Below are positions 7,826-16,024 of a DNA stretch of 51,610 bases, one piece after another. Origin of the DNA: Candidatus Saccharimonadota bacterium (GTDB lineage: Bacteria > Patescibacteriota > Saccharimonadia > Saccharimonadales > UBA10212). The stretch's first letter is position 1; each line of letters starts with the position of its first letter. The position numbers and the translations under genes were made by a program. The notes beneath the pieces are model-generated. The model did no database searches. It saw only the letters and a list, made by a program, of their open reading frames with translations, and was not told the origin of the DNA. The stretch lies in contig JACDFN010000004.1 in NCBI GenBank assembly GCA_013815775.1, positions 1 through 51,610 on the forward strand, given 5' to 3'.

Positions 7826-8443
7826 TTAATTGACTCTAACATGGTAAGTAAGCCATTTTGAGCGCTCACTCATTGGCCTATATCCTTCCTTTAATATTTC
7901 GTATTTATTTTTACTCAAGATTTTTTTGAATTCTTCATTTTGCCAATAGGCAAAGAACCGTCCGTCCCCATCTAGTTCAATTTTTTGCTCTATGCCTTCT
8001 CCATTTCCCTGTTTAATGGTTATAAAGCCGATTGCTCCGAGCTTCATATTTCGTGTTATGGCTTGCAGTGCTTCATCAATGCGTTTCTTAGGTACGTGCA
8101 AGAGCACAGCAGAGCACCAGAACCCATCGAAGAGTTCAGAAAAATTAAGATCATACAAACTTACTTGTTTAAATTTACCATCCGGATTTTTCTTACGAGC
8201 GTGTGCGATAAGCTTGTCTGAAATATCTGTTCCCAAATAGTCATATCCGAGTTTTATCAAACTCTTTGCGTCTCGCCCACCCCCAGCCCCCACCTCTAAA
8301 ATACGGCCATTTGGCAAAAGATTTTTAAAAAGTTCTAGCTCCTGACTCCAGAAACCTTTAGTCATGTGGCCGCAGGACCACTGTTTAGCAAGCTTGTTAT
8401 ACGTATTTATAGTTATTTTTTCTTCGTTCGTAAGATTAGCCAT
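7826..8443 (-). CDS. Class I SAM-dependent methyltransferase
   Basis: Motif I ILEVGAGGGRDA followed by an acidic GTDIS loop. The start codon overlaps the upstream stop (TAATG). Confidence 0.8.
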   Translation of the reverse strand: MANLTNEEKITINTYNKLAKQWSCGHMTKGFWSQELELFKNLLPNGRILEVGAGGGRDAKSLIKLGYDYLGTDISDKLIAHARKKNPDGKFKQVSLYDLNFSELFDGFWCSAVLLHVPKKRIDEALQAITRNMKLGAIGFITIKQGNGEGIEQKIELDGDGRFFAYWQNEEFKKILSKNKYEILKEGYRPMSERSKWLTYHVRVN

Positions 8444-8748
8444 TATTCAATGCTTTCTAGGAATATTTTCTCTTTGAATCGCCCACGCGAGGCAGCTTTT
8501 TTACGGCGCGTATCTTCCAGCTCCCCGGAATGAACGCCCATGGCTTGTCGGATGGCAATTAATACTTCTTTTATATCCGCCAGCTCCTCAACTGACGGCT
8601 CTTTTTCCAGCTCCCCTGCCTCTTCTTTAAGCTTTTTTATCAATTCTTTTAAATATTCCTTGTCATTCAGCACACGAGTATTGGCTTTTTTGCCATCAGC
8701 CATAATTATCCTTGGTATTTTATCCCGTACCAACTTGTTATGAGTCAT
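8443..8748 (-). CDS. MazG-like nucleoside triphosphate pyrophosphohydrolase (PRA-PH-like all-alpha NTP-PPase)
   Basis: HNKLVRDKIPRII...EEAGELEKEPSVEELADIKEVL...RRKKAASRGRFKEKIFL is the typical signature of this small house-cleaning NTPase family. Both ATG 8748 and GTG 8751 are possible starts. Confidence 0.75.
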   Translation of the reverse strand: MTHNKLVRDKIPRIIMADGKKANTRVLNDKEYLKELIKKLKEEAGELEKEPSVEELADIKEVLIAIRQAMGVHSGELEDTRRKKAASRGRFKEKIFLESIE

Positions 8749-8750
8749 CA

Positions 8751-9311
8751 CTAAAGCTCACTCCAATCCTGGCCGAATGCTTTGATTCGTTTTTGCGAAC
8801 TTATAGACTTCAGATAGGCATCAAGGGTAGCAAAAAAACCGTTTAGGTATTTTTCAGGATTGTTATTCATATCATCTACCACCTCATCAATAGTCATTTC
8901 GATTATTGAGTCAACCTCGTCATTTTCTACGAACTTCCAATCCCCTGGAATCTCCGTTTTGTACACACCGTAAAAGTGGATGATATTGCTAAATTGCGGC
9001 CTAGGATCTTTGCCGAATGCAGGAACGCTAAGCGCAACTTCTTTGAGTTCAACGGTAAGATCAAGTTCTTCTCGCACCTCACGACTTGCTGCCTCAGCAT
9101 AAGATTCTCCTGCACTAACGTGACCTCCAACGGAATGATCCAACAATCTGTTAAAGCTGCGATGCTCTTGTATAATTAATTTTCCGGCCGGAGTGAATAC
9201 AAGCACTGCAACTACTCTATGAGGAATGGCGTTGTTGTGTGCTTCTTCTTTTGTAGTAATAGCACCAGTTGGTAAATCGTTTTCATCAACTACATCAAAG
9301 TGTTCAGTCAT
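8751..9311 (-). CDS. NUDIX hydrolase (IDI-like subfamily layout)
   Basis: Nudix box GGHVSAGESYAEAASREVREELDL. The N-terminal FDVVDENDLPTG...HRVVAVLVF resembles IDI-like Nudix proteins but lacks the IDI catalytic Cys. Confidence 0.85.
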   Translation of the reverse strand: MTEHFDVVDENDLPTGAITTKEEAHNNAIPHRVVAVLVFTPAGKLIIQEHRSFNRLLDHSVGGHVSAGESYAEAASREVREELDLTVELKEVALSVPAFGKDPRPQFSNIIHFYGVYKTEIPGDWKFVENDEVDSIIEMTIDEVVDDMNNNPEKYLNGFFATLDAYLKSISSQKRIKAFGQDWSEL

Positions 9312-9401
9312 TGATTCTCCTAAACAACAAGGAAAAGAGCAGCCCGAGCGACGGATTTACCCCGCGCCCGGCGCGGTGAGAAAAACCTGTGGTTTGTCTC
9401 A

Positions 9402-12047
9402 TTAAAGCTCGCCCCAGTTTTGGCCGATAGAAATGTCAGCTTTGAGCTTAACGGGTAATTTGTATGCAGCTTCCATGGTTTCTTTAAGGATTCTGCCTAC
9501 TTGCTCAGTATCTTTTTTAGGTGCTTCTAATAATAGACTGTCGTGGATTTGCAGTAGGATTTTTGAGTCTTTTGATAGCCGACCGGCAGCTTCTATCATA
9601 GCTATTTTCATAATATCGGCAGCACTACCTTGGAGGGGCATGTTAACCGCTGCACGGTATGCAGCTTCACGCACAGCAAAGTTTGACGATTTTACGTCTG
9701 GTGTAGGCCGCCGGCGGCCGAGCAAAGTTTCCACAAAACCCTGCTCATCTGCCTGTTTACGGACTTCGTCAATGTACTGCTTTAGTTTAGGGCGAATTTC
9801 AAAATATTTTTTAATAAACTCCCGTGCTGCACTAAACTCCATGCCCGTTCCAACGCTTAGGCCGTGCGGACCTTGTCCGTACATTATTCCGAAATTTACA
9901 GCTTTGGCAGAGTAGCGCTGCTGTTTAGTTACATCTTTAGAATCTATTCCGTATATTAAAGCAGCGGTTTCAATATGAATGTCGGCATCTTGGTTAAAGG
10001 CATCTATCATACTCTGTTCACCCGAAAGCACTGCCGCTAATCTAAGCTCAAACTGGCTATAGTCAGCGCTGATTAACATGTTCCCCTTTTCGGCCACGAA
10101 CGCCGTTCGAATTCGCTTACCAAGTTCAGTCCGAACTGGGATGTTCTGCAGGTTGGGATCCGCACTAGATAGCCTGCCAGTTGGGGCGATAGTTAGATTG
10201 AACGACGTATGTACCCGGCTATTTTCGTCTACAACCTCCGGCAGTGTGTCTACATAAGTATTTTTGAGCTTTACCACCTCGCGGTACTGGGTTATAAGAT
10301 TAATTATGGGGTGCAGCCTACGCAGTTTGTCTAGCTCCGGGGCGGCCGTTGAAAATCCGGTCTTGCCTTTTTTAATGTTAGTAGACGGTAGTTGGAGTTT
10401 ACCAAACAGCACATCTGCCAACTGTGCTGGCGAGCTGATATTAAACTCATGGTTAGCATGGCCGTAAATCTTTTGCTCAATGTCAGATATAGTACCTTCA
10501 AGCTGCTTAGAAAATTTCTTTAAATAATCGGTGTCCAGTTTGATCCCAACAAATTCCATATCTGCTAAGACAGGGGTTAGAGGCCACTCTATCTCACGGG
10601 CTAATTTTTCTACTTTCGGCATTTCGGCCAAGGCTTTTTTCTGCCCGCGGTACAGCTCTCGAATCACTGCCACAATTTCAGGCCCCCTGGCAATAAAGTC
10701 TTCGGTAGGAATATTTTCGAAAGCCTCACCATCGTAACGCAAGCTGCTTGTAGCTAGCTCGGTGATCGTTTGTACTCGAAGTAGTGCATTTATTAGGAAG
10801 GCAGCCACAAGCACATCGTGTTCAACTTCCCTCACCTCAACACCAAGATTTTTCAATAGTTTGATATCGCTCTTGACGTCGTAACCTACAAACAAGTTTT
10901 TAGGTGTCAGCAAAAAGTTTAGAGCTTCTGCTACCTTTTTTTTGTTCAACTTTGTTAGGTCTAACAGATAGACTACTTCGCTAGTACCAATAATTAGTAC
11001 AAGCGGGTTTGTGCCATGCCTGCCAGCGGCCCGTGAATGGATAAAAAGTAAGTCATTAGCCTTAAATTTTAGGCTTCGCAAGTCGTTGTCTTGTTCAATC
11101 AGTATATTTTTTGCAACCTTTAATTTTACCCCACCAACTATTGCCTCAGATGGAACTGAAGCCGTCTTCATATAGTCAGGTAAGGAGTTGAGTAAACTGC
11201 GAAATTCCAATTGCTGCAGTAGGTTGCGGAGCTGCTCCGGATCCATCTTCTTGGTATCCATAGCCCGCAAATCAATCTTTATTGGTGCATCGCACCATAT
11301 TGCGGCAATTTTTTTACTCAAATATGCTAAGTCCTTGCCTGTCTCTAGTTTTTTTTGAACACTTTGCTTAACTAACGGAAGATTTTTATAGACACCGTCC
11401 AAAGTTCCGTAACTTTTCAAAAGTTCAAGTGCTGTTTTCTCGCCTATTCCGGGTACTCCAGGTATGTTGTCTGAGCTATCGCCTTTAAGTGCTTTTAGGT
11501 CTAGGAACTGTTCGGCCTTAATCCCATATTTTTTTTCAAAGCTTTCGGGATGAAATTCTTCAATATTGGAAAAGCCGCGCTTCAAGGCAAAGACTTTTAC
11601 GTCGTGGTTAATTAACTGAAGCATATCTAGGTCACTTGTTATTAAAAGTGTCTCAAGACCTTTCTTTTCGGCTTGTACTGCCAATGTACCCATAATGTCA
11701 TCCGCTTCGTAGTCATCCAGTTCGTACAAAGGCCAACCAAACGCACCGAGCAATTGGTGTAAGATAGGTATTTGGGTATAAAAGTCAGGCGGTGCGGGCT
11801 TTCTACCGGCTTTATATTCCGGATACATTTCTACACGTTTTCGTATGTTAGTCTTAGGCTTATCCCAGGCAACGGCTACATAATCTGGTTTCAGCTTCTT
11901 TATAAGTTCCAGCGCCATGGCCGTAAAACCATAAACACCTCCAGTCGGCACACCTTCGCGGGTTGAAAGGTTGGGCATAGCGTAATAGCCACGATAAAAC
12001 ACCGATTTTCCATCAATAATTGCCAGCTTTTTTTTCTCACCTGCCAT
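9402..12047 (-). CDS. polA: DNA polymerase I
   Basis: 881 aa with a 5'-nuclease domain (LAIIDGKSVFYRGYYA), pol motif A (ISADYSQFELRLAA), and motifs B and C (RYSAKAVNFGIMYG, LLQIHDSLLLE). Confidence 0.97.
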   Translation of the reverse strand: MAGEKKKLAIIDGKSVFYRGYYAMPNLSTREGVPTGGVYGFTAMALELIKKLKPDYVAVAWDKPKTNIRKRVEMYPEYKAGRKPAPPDFYTQIPILHQLLGAFGWPLYELDDYEADDIMGTLAVQAEKKGLETLLITSDLDMLQLINHDVKVFALKRGFSNIEEFHPESFEKKYGIKAEQFLDLKALKGDSSDNIPGVPGIGEKTALELLKSYGTLDGVYKNLPLVKQSVQKKLETGKDLAYLSKKIAAIWCDAPIKIDLRAMDTKKMDPEQLRNLLQQLEFRSLLNSLPDYMKTASVPSEAIVGGVKLKVAKNILIEQDNDLRSLKFKANDLLFIHSRAAGRHGTNPLVLIIGTSEVVYLLDLTKLNKKKVAEALNFLLTPKNLFVGYDVKSDIKLLKNLGVEVREVEHDVLVAAFLINALLRVQTITELATSSLRYDGEAFENIPTEDFIARGPEIVAVIRELYRGQKKALAEMPKVEKLAREIEWPLTPVLADMEFVGIKLDTDYLKKFSKQLEGTISDIEQKIYGHANHEFNISSPAQLADVLFGKLQLPSTNIKKGKTGFSTAAPELDKLRRLHPIINLITQYREVVKLKNTYVDTLPEVVDENSRVHTSFNLTIAPTGRLSSADPNLQNIPVRTELGKRIRTAFVAEKGNMLISADYSQFELRLAAVLSGEQSMIDAFNQDADIHIETAALIYGIDSKDVTKQQRYSAKAVNFGIMYGQGPHGLSVGTGMEFSAAREFIKKYFEIRPKLKQYIDEVRKQADEQGFVETLLGRRRPTPDVKSSNFAVREAAYRAAVNMPLQGSAADIMKIAMIEAAGRLSKDSKILLQIHDSLLLEAPKKDTEQVGRILKETMEAAYKLPVKLKADISIGQNWGEL

Positions 12048-12097
12048 CAGCTATAAGTATACGCTTAAGGGGTTAAAAGTTCGATTGCTTATGTCTA

Positions 12098-12607
12098 CTA
12101 ACGGCAAAGGTTTTTAGGGTTATAGTTTGGGTCAATCTCATTGGCTATCGGAACCATTGCATCGAAGACCTGAGATAAATAATAATCCCTAAGCTGTTTA
12201 TTTTTTTCTGGCGGAAATCTAGCAGCTAGGTCGTCTGGGTGTGGAGTTTTACTAGTCCTTTCACTTTCTCTAATATTTTGACGTGCTTGAACTTCCTTCT
12301 CACGTTCGTAGGATATGTTTGCTAGCACTTCAAATAGCTCATTATGTCTCTGCACAAACCGACTAACAATTGAGGGGAAGATTTTATCTTCGAACGCTAA
12401 AGCATGGTAATAGGCTAGCTCCTGGGGATTACCGGGGGTCTTGCCAGCCCGCTGAAATAAGAAACTTTCAAAGAGCACGATTAAATTATTGGTCTCATGT
12501 ACGGTCTTTTCTTCACCGTTGATAATCACCGTTATGGTGCCGAACCCAGTATCGTTGTCTGGATTAAACGGTACTTCTTGAAATTCTGGCAGCTTTGCCT
12601 CGTACAT
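12098..12607 (-). CDS. Hypothetical protein (169 aa)
   Basis: Long ORF co-oriented with its neighbours. No motif recognised. Confidence 0.55.
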   Translation of the reverse strand: MYEAKLPEFQEVPFNPDNDTGFGTITVIINGEEKTVHETNNLIVLFESFLFQRAGKTPGNPQELAYYHALAFEDKIFPSIVSRFVQRHNELFEVLANISYEREKEVQARQNIRESERTSKTPHPDDLAARFPPEKNKQLRDYYLSQVFDAMVPIANEIDPNYNPKNLCR

Positions 12608-12687
12608 AGTTCAATAGTAGCGGTAATTACATTAAAAAACATTCATGTGAGCTTATACAAGAACGGCTCATCCGGGTCACGAATTTA

Positions 12688-13263
12688 TTAGAGGTCTTCT
12701 AGGGCTTTATTGACTTCGTTTTTGAAAGCGTCTATATCATCACCATTGTTCTCTAAAAACACGTCAGCTTTGGCTTTCACACCTTCCAGGCTAAGTGTTG
12801 CTTCGTCGCCAGAATGTTGCATTTGCGACCGCTCTTCGGCTAAAAATTCTTCAAAAGTGACTTGGTCTTCACTGCCCCGGTTGCGAACAACAATTCGCCG
12901 GTAGCGAACCTCTGGGTCGGCATCTACCCAAATAACTTTGCCCCCTAGCTGGTGCACCCTATCTGCTTCAGCCGGATGGCGTAGGCTGGCGATCACCAAT
13001 CCTTGGTATTTTTTTTCAACAGCTTCAAATTCTTTCATGGCCTTATCCACCAGTACGCTTGGTCCTTTGCTCCGTCGCCACTCGGCACTGATACTGCGGA
13101 GTGTAGGACGCTCTAGCACCATACCTCGTTTCGTTACTTCTGCCCGCAGCAAATCAGTAACTGATATGAAGAGCCAGCCGTGGCGTTCGGCCATTAGCTC
13201 CCCTAGAGTATCTTTGCCCGATGCGTCCGTGCCGCCAATGCCAAGAATTTTCACGTCTTTCAT
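12688..13263 (-). CDS. P-loop nucleotide/nucleoside kinase-like protein
   Basis: Walker A-like ILGIGGTDASGKDT and a small kinase-sized protein (191 aa). ATGA overlap with the upstream sigma gene stop. Confidence 0.65.
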   Translation of the reverse strand: MKDVKILGIGGTDASGKDTLGELMAERHGWLFISVTDLLRAEVTKRGMVLERPTLRSISAEWRRSKGPSVLVDKAMKEFEAVEKKYQGLVIASLRHPAEADRVHQLGGKVIWVDADPEVRYRRIVVRNRGSEDQVTFEEFLAEERSQMQHSGDEATLSLEGVKAKADVFLENNGDDIDAFKNEVNKALEDL

Positions 13264-14831
13264 GTCTCGTTATAACCCCTGAGGATTTCAACGGCTGCTA
13301 GGAGTGCATCTTCATCTGAAGATGCACTTAGTTTGTGTTTAGTGTTAATCCAATGAAACTTAATTGTACTTGGAGCCAGCCCTAGCTTCTTAGATATTTC
13401 GTGCTTGTCATAGCCAGATAATTTTAATTCTAATGTTCTCAATTCCGAGTCAGTTAGCTCTATATGGGTGCTCCTCAAAGCACTATTTAAGCTTAGAGCA
13501 GATTCCGATAACTCAGAACTATCTTGTGGTTCTCCATTCAACTCAAAAATGTTATCTGATATCTCTTGCATTTCTCTCATTGTAGATAGTTTTTTTAGTG
13601 CCTCTGATTCTAGCTGATGTACCCTCTGCCTAGTAATGCCCAGACTTCGGCCAACTACTTCATATGTCTGCTCTTCGCCCTCAAACCCATATCTCATTGC
13701 TATAACCGTACGTTCTCTATCAGTCAATTGATCCAATAGTCTTAAAATACGTTCTTTATGATCATTTCTTACAACTTCTTCTAGGGGCTCGTCTGCAGCT
13801 TCGTCAGCCAAGAAGTCCCCAAAGTTAGAACCATCATCGTCGTCGCCCACCGGCTGATCTAGTGATTTTTTCACATGAGGAGCATCCCATGCCTCAATAG
13901 CAAGATTAACTGGTAGGCTTGCTTCCTCTGCTGCTTCTTCAATTGTAGGCTCACGACCCCAGTTTGCTGTAAGTTGCCTTCTAGCTTTTGCAAGTTTTAC
14001 TTGTCGCTCGTGTACGTGCACTGGTACTCGGATGGTGTTGGACTGATTAGCTATTCCACGAGATATAGATTGTCGAATCCACCAAGTGGCGTAGGTACTG
14101 AACTTGAAACCTCGCCGCCAGTCAAATTTCTCAACAGCCCTGTTTAGTCCAAGAGTTCCTTCTTGTATTAAGTCAAGAAATGGTAAGCCCAGCCCGCGAT
14201 AACCTTTTGCTATAGAAACAACAAGTCTAAGGTTGGAGTTGATCATCTTTTCCTTAGCTTTTATTCCTTTTTGAATGGCATCTAGTAGTTCTTCGGGAGC
14301 TGCGCCGTTAAGAGCGGGGAAATCTACAATTCTTTCATCGAATCCCTTAAATTCAAGATGCCTATTACTCCTAATCTTTTCAGCCAATTCCCCAGCATCA
14401 ATATCTCTTGATAGCTCAACTTCATCAGCGGCAGTCAGTAGCTCGTGTTTACCGACATCATTCAAAAAAAGCTGTAAGGAACTGACCGAATTGTAATCAT
14501 CTATAGTCTTGGGTCTCCGACTTGACTCTTCTTCCACTGTTTTTTCTAACAGTTCCAGTATATCTTCTGGCCTTTCGTCTAGAGTTTGCAGAAAATCATC
14601 TATCAAAACACTGTCTATATCGTAACTTTCAAGCAGATGAACAATTTCTGTAACTGGCACAATACCTGACTCACGGACTTCTTCTAATAATTGGCGTACT
14701 CCTGGAATTTCCGCAATAACCCCAGCGCCTATTGTTTCAACGTCTCGGGCAACAATACTCAAAACCTTTTCTCCAATTTGCTCGGAAATACTAGACCTTG
14801 AATCAGGGGAGTATCTCTCGGGATCGTACAT
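13260..14831 (-). CDS. Sigma-70 family factor (regions 1.2-4.2) fused to a C-terminal LuxR/GerE-type HTH domain
   Basis: Region 2: [55 protein letters not shown]. Region 4.2: VIAMRYGF...YEVVGRSLGITRQRVHQLESEALKKL. About 100 extra residues follow, with LTDSELRTLELKLSGYDKHEISKKLGLAPSTIKFHWINTKHKL (aa 459-515). Confidence 0.85.
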   Translation of the reverse strand: MYDPERYSPDSRSSISEQIGEKVLSIVARDVETIGAGVIAEIPGVRQLLEEVRESGIVPVTEIVHLLESYDIDSVLIDDFLQTLDERPEDILELLEKTVEEESSRRPKTIDDYNSVSSLQLFLNDVGKHELLTAADEVELSRDIDAGELAEKIRSNRHLEFKGFDERIVDFPALNGAAPEELLDAIQKGIKAKEKMINSNLRLVVSIAKGYRGLGLPFLDLIQEGTLGLNRAVEKFDWRRGFKFSTYATWWIRQSISRGIANQSNTIRVPVHVHERQVKLAKARRQLTANWGREPTIEEAAEEASLPVNLAIEAWDAPHVKKSLDQPVGDDDDGSNFGDFLADEAADEPLEEVVRNDHKERILRLLDQLTDRERTVIAMRYGFEGEEQTYEVVGRSLGITRQRVHQLESEALKKLSTMREMQEISDNIFELNGEPQDSSELSESALSLNSALRSTHIELTDSELRTLELKLSGYDKHEISKKLGLAPSTIKFHWINTKHKLSASSDEDALLAAVEILRGYNET

Positions 14832-14866
14832 AAATTATCTGGGGCCTTTCATTCAATAAATTAGGC

Positions 14867-16009
14867 CTAGTGCAGATATTCGTGAAGTTTGCGGGTATCT
14901 TTGTGTTTTCGCAGTTTAGCAAGCGCCTTTGCCTCAATTTGCCTAATGCGCTCGCGGGTGACAGAAAATTCCTGTCCTACCTCTTCCAAGGTATGGCTTT
15001 TGCCGTCTTCCAGGCCAAATCGAAGCTTTAGAATTTTTTGCTCGCGCTCTGTCAAGGTGCCTAGTATTTGCTTTACCTGCTCTTTTAATAGCTGCTCAGA
15101 GGCCGACTCTGAGGGTGGTTTGGCGTCTTCATCCTCAATAAAATCACCTAGTACGCTATCTTCTTCATCGTCTCGAACACTTGCATCTAATGAGCTGATA
15201 TCCTGCTTAATCTTCATGATGTGCTCGACTTTATCAACGTCCATTTCCATTGCTGCCCCTATTTCATCGTTGCTAGGTTCTCGATTAAGTTCTTGCGTCA
15301 GTCGCCTCTGGGTACGTAAAAGCTTGTTGATGGTTTCCACCATATGAACAGGAATACGTATGGTCCGGGCCTGGTCGGCAATGGCCCTAGTTATCGCTTG
15401 GCGAATCCACCAAGTGGCGTAGGTACTGAACTTGAAACCCCTATCGGGGTCAAACTTCTCTACTGCACGCAGTAACCCGGTATTTCCTTCTTGAATGAGA
15501 TCAAGTAAGTCCAGACCTCTCCCGACATATCGTTTAGCAATGGAAACTACCAGGCGCATATTGGCCTCTGCCATCTGGTCTTTAGCTTTTTTTTCACCCG
15601 CTACTACCCTGTGAGCCAAGGCCAACTCTTCCTCTGAAGTAAGAAGTGGAATCTTACCAATTTCACGCAAGTAAAGTCTTACGGAGTCATCGGCTATATC
15701 GTCAATATAGGAAGTATCTTCTGGTACCACTTCCTCTTCCTCTGTTGCCCATTCGTCTACTATGTCTTCTTTTGTTGGTTCAGCGGCTGCTATCAGCTCG
15801 ATTTCATTTTCTGCAAGCTCGCTATACAGCCGGTCCAAAACATCAATGTTTGCCGGAGTATCAGGAATTAACGTAAATGCTTCGCGCTGTTCTAGGCGAC
15901 CTTCTTTTTTACCTTTTGCTACCAGCTGCTCTATCTCCTTGTCGAAGCTCCGCATTGTCTTTGCTACGCTTTTAGCCGATGGAGTAGATGTATCCTTTTT
16001 TTTAACCAT
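14867..16009 (-). CDS. rpoD: Primary-type RNA polymerase sigma factor
   Basis: Regions 1.2-4.2 are intact ([77 protein letters not shown]...). I use ATG 16009, preceded by GGGAGA. The ORF track starts at an upstream TTG. Confidence 0.92.
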   Translation of the reverse strand: MVKKKDTSTPSAKSVAKTMRSFDKEIEQLVAKGKKEGRLEQREAFTLIPDTPANIDVLDRLYSELAENEIELIAAAEPTKEDIVDEWATEEEEVVPEDTSYIDDIADDSVRLYLREIGKIPLLTSEEELALAHRVVAGEKKAKDQMAEANMRLVVSIAKRYVGRGLDLLDLIQEGNTGLLRAVEKFDPDRGFKFSTYATWWIRQAITRAIADQARTIRIPVHMVETINKLLRTQRRLTQELNREPSNDEIGAAMEMDVDKVEHIMKIKQDISSLDASVRDDEEDSVLGDFIEDEDAKPPSESASEQLLKEQVKQILGTLTEREQKILKLRFGLEDGKSHTLEEVGQEFSVTRERIRQIEAKALAKLRKHKDTRKLHEYLH

Positions 16010-16024
16010 AAATTCTCCCAAAAA

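Noticed and set aside
9362-9376. G+C palindrome CCGCGCC-C-GGCGCGG between polA and the Nudix gene
   Set aside because: The loop is too tight and there is no flanking T-tract. It is probably a minor hairpin within a co-transcribed spacer and is not distinctive enough to call.
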